Source: Vicugna vicugna (lineage: Eukaryota). Taken from it: a stretch of 64,000 nt of DNA. The translations under genes and the position numbers were made by a program. The notes under the pieces are model-generated. The model saw only the letters and a program-made list of their open reading frames with translations, was not told the origin of the DNA and ran no database searches. The DNA is taken from contig MU058213.1 in NCBI GenBank assembly GCA_013265495.1, positions 5,108,854-5,172,853 on the forward strand, given 5' to 3'. Position 1 is the first letter of the stretch. Each line of letters starts with the position of its first letter. Below are positions 52,653 to 64,000 of this stretch, piece after piece.

Positions 52653-55119
52653 AAAAAAATTAATAATTTCCAGGATTCTTAGCTCTAGGGATTGGGGCAC
52701 TCAGCATGCAGCTGTACAAACCTGTGAGGTGCATACAAGGCTTTGTCAGTCTCATTGGCTCAGAAGGAAATACTCACAGTGCATTATCTCAAAACTCATT
52801 CAGTCGTCTGCTCCAAACCTGAAAAGGCATATACCTTGGTTCCTTTGGGAAACCAACGGGGCCTTCTGGGCCTCAGTTCCCACCTGGCATAACAGCCACT
52901 GTGAGAGTCTGGGAGGCTGGAGAGGAGCAAATCCACTCCCATCAGCCTCACGTATGCTGTGGTCCTGCTTCTTCTTCTTTGAGTGGTTCAGTCACCAGGG
53001 AAATGAGCTGAGGGCAGGAGACCCAAGTCTGGGCTGGCCAAGCAGTTACCACTGTATTATTTCAGCTCATCACGCAATTTCTCTGGGCCTTGGTTTATTT
53101 ATAAACAGGAGAGGCTTGGATTAAATCAGTGGATTTTTGAAACTGTACCTCTTTTAATTTTCAGCCGTGGAATCCTTTTCTCAAGATCTTGCACAGGACG
53201 TCATTATAGGAAACAGATGAAAGTGGATCTACCATGGCTGAAGGTGGGCGGGAGGGCTCGCTTGCTGAATCCAGGGCCCAGGCCGGGGCCCGTGGAGGAG
53301 ATGCCTGCTGTGGTTCCTCCCGTCCCAGTGCTTGATGATTCCTGTGCCACAGTCCCTGACTGAGGATGCAGGAGAGGAGTAAGGAGCCACAGCACGACCT
53401 TCTCTCCCTGGCGCCCGGGCACCCCAGCACCCCTGCCTGCCTTCCCCACAATGACCAGGTGAAAACAGGACCCTTTGGTTGTGGCAGACACTATGGAAAA
53501 ACAGCCAGCCCACCCCCCTGCCACAGCCTGCTCTTGCCTTCTTCCTCAGCCTCCCAGTTTCCGAGGCCCTGGCAGATGTGAAGGCTGAGCTGGGACCTGG
53601 GAGAAGGCCCTGGGGGGAGCTGCTGACCTTGCAGGGGAGGAGATCAAAGGAGGCTGAGCTCATCTGACCCAGGCCGCAGAGTCAGGGCTGGGGACAGCTG
53701 TGAGAGCCAAGGGAGGGCAGGGAGCGCTCCACACGTGGAAGAAGGGGGCTCCTGATCCTCTCCAACGTCCAGGTGGTACCTGCTTTCCCTCACAGCCATT
53801 TCTGTGGCAGACAGTTGGAGGAGGGACTGGTGGTGACAGTAGTATTTCTGGTTGTTTTATTTCTTTTAACTCATGCCTCATCCTCTACTTCTCTCCCACC
53901 TCCTCAGACTTTATAGGAATTTTTGGTTATTCGACACACCCTCTTTCCTGTCAGACCATATTTCATGTCTCACATTCCACCCCGGGGCCCCGGTTAACCT
54001 AGGTGAGATATTAAACCCCACCCGCCCCGGGAGTCACCCATCACCATCCCTGAGCCGCGGGTCCTCTCCGTGCTGAAACGGAGGTGATAACAGTTCTCAT
54101 GGTATTTTCAATTAAAAATTCCTGAAATGTTTCCAACATCAGCCAGCCAGAAAGGAGGGTGATGGAGAACAAATGGTGACAAGGAGAGAAAAAGAGAGGG
54201 GGCGGGTGGCGGCATGGGGGGAGGGGACAACTATGTGAGGAGCCCGGTGTCAGCGAGGGAGCCAAGAAGGATGGAACCGGAGAAACGAAGGCAAGAAAGA
54301 AGAAAGATGAAGAAGGGGCACAGATGAAGCCGCTAAAGTAGAACCGGGGGCCTGAGAGAGAAGCAGAACCTATGTGTGGAAAAACTGAAACAACCAAAAT
54401 AAAGTGCTTTGGCTACAAGCCCAAAAAATGCAACCAACTTAGCTGGCACCTAGTTGGCATTCATTAGCCAAGTTTTATGTAATACCCTTAATCATTCTTC
54501 CTTTATTATTTTTTTTTACCACATCCCATAGTATGCTAACCAGAGGGCCCATCCCAAAAATGCGCCTGAGGCCACAGGGAAGGGAGCTGCAGCCATCTAA
54601 TCCTTTTCAGGAAAGAGGACTTCTTTTATCCCAGAGTCTTTGGTTTCAGAGAACTCAGCCCAGCCTGACCTCCAAGGTAGGTACTTGGCAAACTCATTTT
54701 GTTGAAACCGATGTGGTCACCCATCCTGTTGGGGAGGGAGGTCCACAGACAAAGATAAATATGAGAGAGATGGGGAAAGGCCGTTCTGTAACATTCCCAA
54801 ACACACCACTTCAGAGAGTGTGTGGAGGAGGAAATGAGGACCAGTCATTTCTAAAGCTAAAAGCAAACTAAAAGCCCCACAGGTACCCACTTCCACACAA
54901 AGCTATGCCGAGGAGGGAAGCGACTGGATCAATGGGAACCGCCGCCCCCAGGAAGCTGCTCGTGAATTCTCTTGAGGAAAGGGCTGCACTGTGGTTTTCT
55001 CTGAAGAGCGTGGGATCCCCCTCCAGTGTACCCCAGCCCAGGCAATGGTGCCACCCACGATCCAGTCTGCTCACGACAGAAACCCTGTCCTAGTATACCT
55101 GGCCTCCTCCCCGCCCCTG

Positions 55120-55520
55120 CCCCGCAGTTATTACTCATCACCACATCCTGGAACCTACTTCCTGGGTCCACTCCTCTGCAGCCACGGCTCAGGCAGCCAT
55201 CCTGTCTCACCTAGGGTGGCTTCCTCCCTGCAGCCGCTCCTGCTCCACCTAATCCATTATCTACCCTGCAGCCAGGATGATCTAAAAAACGCAGCTCTCA
55301 TGGTAGCCTGACTGTGGCTTCTCACTGCCCTCGAATCAAGTCCCAGATTGAGCCTGGGCTGTGACACATGCTGGGATAGACCTCTGCTGTCTCTCTAGCC
55401 CCAGCCTGCAACTCTTCCCAGAAACACTGCTGGACCAACTGGCCTTCTTCCTGCTCTGCAATAACATAAAATTCTTTTCTGCCATGTGGCTTTAGCATCT
55501 GTAACCTGTATGCCAGGGTC
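55120..55520 (+). mobile_element. L2 LINE fragment
   Basis: GCAGCCAGGATGATCT...GTGGCTTCTCACTGCCCTC...ACTGGCCTTCTT. Confidence 0.65.
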
Positions 55521-56020
55521 TCTCCTTTCTGTGGTATAGGGATTCCCCCTTAGAACCTGCTGAGGGGAGAGAAATATCAAAGGAAGGGGCCATATAGTTT
55601 CCCCGGCTTCCAGGGTCCTCTGCTGGTCTGTAGTCTTTGCCCCTGTAGGAACTGCAGGATGTAACACAAGGCGATTATATCAGGCAATCAGGGGTCCCTG
55701 GAAATCCCCCAGTAGCTCCTCCGTCTCCTTACGTCCACCACCACCATCTCTGTTCCCACTGACAGACCACATGCTGATGCCAAATTAGTCATGAGCAGTT
55801 GTTTTCCTGAAGGTTTAAAAGAACATCCCCAAATGTACCTCGTGGGAGAACAGGGAGTTCTGACTTTTCAGGCTAACTGGCCCCTTGTGCTGAAGTGAGA
55901 GCGTAAAGCCTCATGTTAGTCTTTGAACAGACAGTGTCCCTATTCCTCCACCCTCACTACCTCCTCAGGTATCTCTGTACCCACTTTGGGGTTCCTCTTT
56001 GAACCATCCACATCCAAAGC

Positions 56021-56412
56021 TGTTATGGACTAAAAACTTGTGTCTCCCCAAAATTCGTATGTTGAAGACCTAACTTCCTACGTGATGGCATTAGGAGGTG
56101 GGGCCTTTGGGACATAATTAGGTTTAGACGAGGCTGTGAGGGTAGGGGCCCCATAATGGGATTAGTACCCTTGCAAGATGAAGGAAAGACACCAGAGCTT
56201 CCTCTCCATGCACACACAGCAAGGAGAGGCCATATGAAGACACAGTGAGAGGTGGCCGTCTATCACCAAGGAAAGGGCCCTGCACCAGACACTGAGCCTG
56301 CCACCACCTTGATCCTAGACTGCCAGTCTCCAGAACTGGGAGAAATGAATGTCTGCTGTCTAAGCCACTCAGTCTGTGGCGTTTTGTTACAGCAGCCCAA
56401 GCTGACTACTTA
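56021..56412 (+). mobile_element. MLT1A-like solo LTR
   Basis: TGTTATGGACT...CCCCAAAATTCGTATGTTGAAG...GGTGGGGCCTTTGGG...TTTGTTACAGCAGCCCAAGCTGACTA. Confidence 0.9.
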
Positions 56413-56941
56413 GAAACCACTTGGGTGATGCTAATGGGTGCCCCCCCCAGGCCTCTCCCCGTCTGGAGGGGCAGTCACAGGGATTGCTTCCTCTGCAGCT
56501 TGGCCTTTATCCCTGGAGGATACCCACCACTGGTCTCCCCTTGAATCACCTAAAAGCATGTACCACCGTGGAAATCCACTTTTCTTCTGAGGATGCCAGT
56601 CTAGTCTATGAAGAAAACCTATTTTTTTCTATTTACATGGCTCTGACCTTGTGAAATAGCCCTGGTACCTTTATGCTATGTGTATATTTGTGCCCTTCCT
56701 GAACTATATTCATGACAAAAAGCCCCTCCCCCGCATTAACAGACTGCACTCCTGCCTCTATTGGGAAACTGTATCTTCATATAGTTTCTCCCTGGAGAGT
56801 GAGGGAAAGTGCATTTCAGTTCCTCTCCATAGGCATGCTTTTCCTTCAGACTAGAATGCACCTTCCTCCTCAGTTCCTTTATCTAACTCGCTTTTGCTTG
56901 TCTTTCACCCTCTCTCAGCTCTAAGATCCTCAAGGAGTTTG

Positions 56942-57820
56942 TTCATTCATTCATTCATTCATTCATTTCTTCCTTACTTCCTTCTGCACAAGGCTCTGGG
57001 CCAGATGTTGGAGATACATGATGAGCCAAGACAAACATGTCCCTCGTGGAGCTCGCAGGCTTGTGGGAGCAGAAAACCGAGTTGATAGGCATAGGAGAAG
57101 AACCACTGTCATCAGCTCCAGGAATGTGTTACTGGACAAATGGGACCTAGTAAGGGAGGGGAACAAGGGAGATAACTGCACATTCTGAGCTGGGGAACAA
57201 CCTGTGGAAAGGTCCTCTGTCAGGAAGCAGCAAAGCACGTGTAGGGATTGAAAGAGGGCTGGGTGGCTGGGCAGAGAGTATGGGCTGTGTTTCAGTACGA
57301 GTCTGGGGAGAGGGAAAAGGGCAGAGTATCAGGACTTTGCAGGATATGCTCTGGAGTTTGTCTTGATTCTAAGAGCAAAGACACATTGAGGTTTTTCGTG
57401 TGGGATCGGGGTGGGGTGTGGAAGGGGAAAGGGGCAGCGGTGAGGGTAAACGGTGGTGTGATCAGGTTTTCCTCCAGATGATCACTACAACAGCATTGTG
57501 TAGAACGGATCACTGGGGCCCCAGGGTTGGGGGTAGACCCAGTAGGGGCACTGCAGTGGTACAGGCAAGAGACGACAGTGCTGGTGGAGACAATAGCCAT
57601 AAAAATGGAGAGAGGTACACAATTCTGGAAGGTACAGAGAGCACAATCGGGGGCTATGGTGAGGGATTGGTAATGGGGAGTGAGAGGGTGTGAGGGTGAC
57701 GCCTGGCTTATGAGCCTCCACCTAGGAGGTGGGGCCGGGGTGCTCTTTTCCCAGATGGGTAGACCTAAAGTAAGACCTGGTTTGGGAGGGCAAATCATAA
57801 GATCTACTGTGCCCTCCCTG
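56942..57820 (-). mobile_element. L2 LINE with (TTCA)n tail
   Basis: (TTCA)n at 56942-56966; GCAGTGGTACAGGCAAGAGA; GATGGGTAGACCT. Confidence 0.8.
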
Positions 57821-58799
57821 TACGAACCCACCCAGCACTGAGCACTGTTGTCATTACTCATTATCTGGGCAGTTATGTGTTTATTGTATGAATTTCCTGG
57901 ACAATTATTAGTTCCATGAGGGTGGGATTTGAATTGGTCTTATTCACCAGGAAATCCGCAGGGCCTGACTTGTTGGCATTCAGCAAGTGTTTGCTGAATA
58001 AATTAGTGAGCATCTGCCTCAGTCCATCTGCCTGTGGGAAATCACCATTAGAAACGTTTGCCATTTCTGTATTCCAAACTGAATTTGTTACTAACCTTAC
58101 ATGTTGGAGTTGAAAAGCACTGGGCTTGGAGTCAAAAGATCTGGGTCAAAGTCCCACTAGTTATGTGCTGTGCTGGCAAAAGGTCTACAGACGAGTCAGA
58201 AATAGTCAGAAATATGTTCCCTCTGGGGGCGAGCAACCTGGAAACCAGGCCGGTCAGAATACAGACACAGCAAACTGAGAAGTGATTATCACTCTGAAGG
58301 TGCTAGCTTTAACACACTCTGTAATAGCTTATTTTATTTTATTACTTCATTTCATTTTTTATTATTTTTAGACCAAGGGTCTCCAAGAAGGGACTGAGTT
58401 TCCCCAGTGGGGCCACCTCAAAAGGAATTTCTTTAGGAGACATTCTCTAAAAGATCTTTGCCTCCCATCATTTTTTCCTTGGGAAGAAGTCAGAGATCAG
58501 AGAGGTTAGGATGTGAGCTCTGAGTCACAGAGGGGACCCAACCAACTGTGTGGCTATGGACAAGCAACCCCCGCCCCAGCTAGAGCCCGAGTTTCTTCAA
58601 GTGGAGAATGAAGGCCTTGTACTAATTTAATGCTGATACCCAGGGTAGCGCTGGGTGTTGGGGGTTTTGCTGCAGAGGCAGGGGAGGTGATAGCTTATAA
58701 GACCAAAGTCAAGGAGGCTAGAGTTGGTCGGATGAAACTGTTGCCCTGAGACACCAGGAGGCCCAAGTTCAAATGTCTAGCTGCCTGGGGTCATTCTGT

Positions 58800-59085
58800 T
58801 CATCAGTAAGGCACCCCCAAAACCCCAGCCTAAAATAGTTCCCCCATTAGTTTCTGTCATAGTGCCCTATTTTTGAAATAAACTATATACAAATTGCACA
58901 ATTTAAAATATTTGTGTGATTATGTTTTAAACTTGTCTCTGCCACCAGGGTATAAATTCTATTAGATGCCTGTTCTGTATAAACAGAACTTGGCACAGTG
59001 CTGGCCAGGCACAGAGGAAACGGAGATTTGTTGAGCAGATGGATGGATGGATGGATGGATGGAGGAGTGTGTGAGTGAGTGAATA
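58800..59085 (+). mobile_element. L2 3' end with (GGAT)n microsatellite
   Basis: CTTGGCACAGTGCTGGCC...TTGTTGAG then (GGAT)n at ~59038-59062. Confidence 0.7.
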
Positions 59086-59499
59086 TGGAATCAGCATTTC
59101 TCAAGCTTCAACATTCCCTGTTGTGCTGGGACTTCTACCTTCTGTTTTTCGGATACATTTACCCCCTCTTCCCCAGTGACTGTCCCCTTCCTCCACCTAG
59201 CAGCACCCACATCACTTTCCCTGGCTCCAGGGGAAAGACCCAGATTTCCTCAGCTCCCTTGCTGGGCTCGGCAGTGGGACTCTTCACTGACTCTGGGGCT
59301 GCTGTCCTGGCAGTCTTTGCTGTTATGATTAGAAGGGTTAGAAATTAGCCCAATGTTGAGGATTACTTCACGAGGACCAGCTGCCATCCAATTTCTGGTT
59401 TGCCAGGAGTTGGCCAATACCTCTAAGACGACTGGCTCTGACAAAGCTAGCAGCTCCATTATTACATTCTCACTCCTTGTCAGGCTGGACTGAGCGCTT

Positions 59500-59700
59500 C
59501 CTAAACATCCTCACTCATCCTCCCAGGCATCCTGTGACACAGAGGCTGTTCTTACCCCCATTTCCCGGATGGGGACACTGGGGCACGGAGGGGAGGCCTG
59601 TCCAGAGTCACAGAAGTAGCAACGGGCTGAGCTGAGTTTAGATTCAGGCAGTCTGAATCCTGAAGATGGAGACGGAGACCATGCCCGTAACCACTGCAGT
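59500..59700 (-). mobile_element. MIR SINE
   Basis: CCCATTTCCCGGATGGGGACACTGGGGCACGGAG...AGGCAGTCTGA. Confidence 0.75.
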
Positions 59701-61334
59701 AATTTCCTCTTGTCCTCCAAGTATGTTCCTTTCAGTTGAGTTCAGTTCCAGCTGGGAGATTTCTATTCTAGGGGTCATACTGGGTCTCCAAGTAATGCCC
59801 AATTGCAAAGCAGGCGGGTGTGCAGAGGGCTGCTGTGTCCCGGGGAGAGGAAATATTTTGATTTTTGAGTGTCAATGGTGCATACAAGTTCCGCAGATTG
59901 TCCTCCAGGGGCTGCAGGCTGTGCTTTCAGGAAATGCTCAAGTGTCCACTCTGGAGGCCATCAGCCCAGGGAGAAGGGACAGGTGCCCAGCCTCTGAGAG
60001 CCAAGTGTGGGCCCAGGAGAGCGGTGACTCTCACAACTTGGCTTCCCAACAGAAGGACGGTGAAGCTCTGCTGCACCAGAGGTCACCTCTTTCTCAATGC
60101 ATTTATTTCAATTTCAAACAATAAGGATTTAAAACAAAATCAAATTTAAGAATTAAATCCAAAAGTATGCCAAAAGCAGACTACAGCACATGGAGGACTG
60201 ATGAGTATTTTATAAAGCATCATCTTACAACAACAGAAATGCTCTCAAATTAGTGCTTTTAATCCTTTTCTAAATTGCTTGAATTAAAATAACCCTTAAC
60301 CAAGGCTGGAACCAATATGCTGTTGTTTCTTCTGTTTGTATCAATCTTACAGCTGTTGCTTTGCTAGGATTAATTTGCCTCCGAGGGGTTTCAACACTAT
60401 CCTCCCTAGTGTATTTTCAGAGCCCATAATGTCATGTAATCGGGACCATGTTATTTTTGTCTGAATCTCTGGGAGTGATGTAAGAGGAAAAAGGAAACTA
60501 GCTAACTCCCAACCATTTGACCAAAGGTTAAATTAGTCTTGGCCTTTCCCCAGCTGGACAGAATGCTGCTCAGTCAAACATTTATTCCACCCAGCAGAAT
60601 GGAAGTCCTCTTCCTTTCTTCCTGAATTGTTTTCCTTACGCTATCCTTCCCCGTCACTCCCCCCAAATGTATGCCAATATGCTTGCCCCCTCCCCGCACC
60701 CGCCACCATCTTTATGTTGCTCACTATGGATCACTGGTGCTGGGTAGAAGTGTGTAGAAAAGCCATACAAGATGGACAATGACCCTACATGGGAACTGGA
60801 GATATATTTTTCTTAAGAAAGACTTCAAGTTGCTAAGCGGCTGCAAGGAGGGTACACTGCTTGGTCCCTTGGCCTTGTCACGGATCCAGATGCCCAGTGT
60901 CACCAGCATCTTGGGAACACCCTGGTGGCTCTGACTGCAGCTTCTTTGGAAGCCAAGCAGATCAAGCCAAAAACACATCTGACACAGTAGATGGTCCTCT
61001 TATGAGATAAGACACACGGACAGGTTGACTTTCACTCCAACAAACTTACTCTTGGGGCCTGTGAGCAGGTTTTAAAAAATCCACATCTTTCCATTGACAC
61101 TACCTGTTCTATGTTTGAAGAAACTTCACGGCATGAGTTGTGGTTACTGAATGATACACAGGCCCAGTTAAACAGTCATGTTTCCTTTGGGTGTTTTTCT
61201 TTTGTCAGCAAGCAGATTTATCCGGCAGTAAACTATAGCCTGCTGAAAAAAAAAAGTCTCTGCTCCCAGGGGTAAGGGACACTGTGGTAGAGGAGAATGA
61301 GCTGCAACTTTGGTGCTAGAAGAGCTGGAAAAGC

Positions 61335-61720
61335 AACAGCTGACATTCACTGAGACTTCGCCAGGTCTGTGCCACGCACTTTATGTGCATGACTGATTGC
61401 CTTTGGCCTCTCCGGTGATCCCAGGAGGCAGGTTCTTTTGTTGTCCCCACCGTCCAAGAAGGAAATTGAGACTTTGAGAGTTTGGGTCACAGGCCTAACA
61501 TCACAGAGGCAGGAGGTAGGGGCTCAGTCTGGGATTGCTGGGACAGGTTCCTGGGCTGCTCCATTCAGCTTCCCTGGGAGTGGGCTGCACATGCAGCCTC
61601 AGTGTTTCCTCCCTGAAATGGGAACAATATGACTTGTCTTTCCTACAGACAGAGTAGCTATAAGATTTGAAGGAGTCACAGATGTGAAAAAAATGTGGGC
61701 TCTGTGAAACAACATGCAAA
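61335..61720. mobile_element. Two MIR fragments (minus, then plus)
   Basis: AAGGAAATTGAGACT (-); GCCTCAGTGTTTCCTCCCTGAAATGGG (+). Confidence 0.6.
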
Positions 61721-62029
61721 TGTTTATGTTGTTATTTTTATGGCTGAGAAATGAGGTGCACCAGGGACCCCCCTGTCTCATAAGCCTCTGTCTGTAGCCG
61801 GAGCTCTTGTAAGTTGCAGGAAAGTTTGTGGTGACGGGGGCCCGTGTGGACAGTGGTGGTGATGTTCCAGTTCTTAATGGATGAAGCGTAAAGACAAGTA
61901 GAAGCAAGAGAACAGGAAAGGGATCTAAGGCAACGAGGGCAACACAGGGGCAAAGAGAGAAGACAGGATGCTGCAGTGTCTGCCCTCAGGGCAGCTGCTT
62001 TCCTCTTGCCTGCTAGCCTGAAGTCCATT

Positions 62030-62680
62030 TGGTCATCCTCACCCAATCACATCCTGTCAAATGCATCCCCCAAAGAGCTCTCATATCTAACTTCTCTCCC
62101 TCCTCTCTGTCACTGTTTTGGTTCAAGTGCCCTTCGCCACTCACCTTGACTTTGTCATAGCCTCCACCTGCTCTCCATGCCTCCGGTCTCATCCCATTCC
62201 TCCATCCTGCCATCAGAAATCCTATCCTTCAAAGGCTACACAATCCCTTGAAGAATCACGTCTAAATTCTGAGCACGAGTTACTACCCTTTCGGACCCAG
62301 ACACTGCTAGGACCTGCAGCCTCAGGCAAACCGCATCTCATAGCCCTATATTCCAGCCACACCAAACCACTGGCCATTGCCCAGGTATGACATTTCCTCT
62401 CTCAGCCTCTGTGCTTTTAGTATGTGGGAGACAGGGAAGATGTCCCTCTCTTCCTTACCCAGAGAACATCTATGCAAGGTCCAGCTCATGAATTGTCCTC
62501 TATATTCTGACTGCACTGTATTTGAATTACTCAATGGTGTTGCAGTTATTTAATACCTGTCATTCTCCCTCAGGGTTTCTTAGCTGTGGGAACTCTGTGT
62601 TAATCTCTAGAACTAAAATCCCTAGTCTTGGGCCTGGAACATAGAAGGCACTTGAGAGATGCCTGAAAGGATGAATGAAC
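62030..62680 (+). mobile_element. L2 LINE 3' region
   Basis: TCCAGCCACACCAAACCACTGG; GGCCTGGAACATAGAAGGCACT...GATGAATGAA. Confidence 0.75.
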
Positions 62681-63595
62681 CACTAAGCTTGAGACTGGGC
62701 TTGCAGGCGAGATGGCTCCTCCCTCTTCTCTTTGCTCAGTTGACTGGCTGTGTTCCCCTACAAACTCAGTTCTGAGTTTCTCAACAACTGTAGAGATTGT
62801 AGTCAAGCCTCACAACATGATATGGCCACTTCTGATTATTCCTGCGTTGGGGAAGCGGGTGGTATGTAAAATATCTTAAAGCAAGTAAGCTAAAAAAAAT
62901 GCTTTTTAATTTGAAGTTTTAGTTCAAGCAAACACTTTTACTACACTCTGAAGAGCCTTAGAAAGATTCTGGTTCAGCACAAGGTTTGAACAAAACCTCT
63001 GCCAGCAAATTAATACAGGGAAATGAACCCCCACACCTCTCTCATTTGCTCTTCTCACTGGCTGAACAGAAAGAACTGGAAAGCCATTGACACCATCATA
63101 TTATCCAAAGAAGCAAGATTCAGAGCTACACTTTCCATCAAAAGAGAAAAATATAAACAAGATGCAAGATGAGCCATGTTTCTGTTATTTTTTCATGAAA
63201 ACCTATTCCAGTTCAGTGGGTTAACAACCGCTATTTTGGAGATACACTGTATTAGGTTTAAACACCCAAAGCCAAAATGTCATAGACATTTTAATTAGTT
63301 TAGTTGACTTAATATTATTAACTCATATATACATTCTGTTCTGAATTTTCCCCATCAACCAGCATATCTAATAACCTAAAAGTAGAAATAGATTTCACTT
63401 TTAATTTTTGCTAGTTTGATTGCAAATAAGAAATCGTGTGTGGCTAAAAACAACAGCAACAACTTTAGCCAAATTTAAATGAATGATGTCCACAGAAAGC
63501 CTCTCCTTAGAAACACTTCTTGGGCTTAGCAAGAGTTCTAGATGAAATCAATTTATTTTCTAGGAAGTTGCTGTACTGGGAACAGTAATGTGGTT

Positions 63596-63795
63596 CAGTG
63601 CTTCACAAACGCTAACCCAAGGGTTAGTGTAGGCAGGTGGCATATGGAGCTCGAATGGAGCTCTTCAAAAGGGCTGTTCTCAGATCCCCTCAGAGACATG
63701 CTTATCTGGTGTGTCTGAGTTGGGGGTCGGGGGGAGCCTGGAAACCTATTTGCAGAGCCCCAACTAATTTTGATGCGAAGCTGGGCTTGGGATCC
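63596..63795 (-). mobile_element. MER5A-like MITE
   Basis: CAGTGCTTCACAAAC...GTCTGAGTTGGGG...TTTTGATGCGAAG. Confidence 0.55.
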
Positions 63796-64000
63796 ACTCC
63801 CATCCCCGCCTTTACCCAGTGGCAGCTCTGTCCAGGGACCTAAAATGTGTGTGGCAGTGCCCTGCAAGCTGGTGTTCTATAGTGAGAGCCACAGGCTAAA
63901 AGAAAATGTGTTTGCCACTCAGAGAGCCAGAGTTCGGTGTTCCTGGGCAGTCAACAGCCCCTTCATCTGTAAGCGATTTGTCACAGATTATTCCGGAGTT

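Noticed and set aside
52180..53124. Longest ORF (314 aa)
   Set aside because: Non-ATG start, runs through the T/C tract (poly-Phe/Ser) and ends in a MIR; no domain recognised
57292..57861. 189-aa minus-strand ORF
   Set aside because: Lies almost entirely within a decayed L2; no recognisable RT or other motifs
1..64000. CRISPR arrays, operons, tRNA/rRNA genes, intact ERV or L1
   Set aside because: Mammalian repeat-rich DNA; no regularly spaced repeats, no cloverleaf or rRNA sequence and no long intact retroelement ORFs seen

Overview
Eutherian mammal genomic DNA, intergenic or deep intronic, about half interspersed repeats (MIR, L2, L3/CR1, old L1M families, MLT/ERVL and ERV1 solo LTRs, hAT MITEs). 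I saw no Alu, B1/B2, SINEC, Bov-tA/A2 or PRE-1 SINEs. The one young L1 3' end resembles cetartiodactyl L1s, so a camelid-like host is my inference. I can support no protein-coding gene or RNA gene, and the supplied ORFs look spurious. Main points of interest: (1) a 95-bp gap-free duplicated core (37038-37132 / 38776-38870) whose mismatches fall mostly in one codon position; (2) a TSD-flanked, polyadenylated 3'-UTR-like retrocopy nested in an L1 (9770-10503); (3) a CpG-island-like element at 17.6-18.1 kb with no evident gene; (4) a strong CTCF motif and several enhancer-like unique blocks. Repeat names come from recalled consensus sequences and were not searched. Boundaries are approximate unless a TSD or terminus is quoted.
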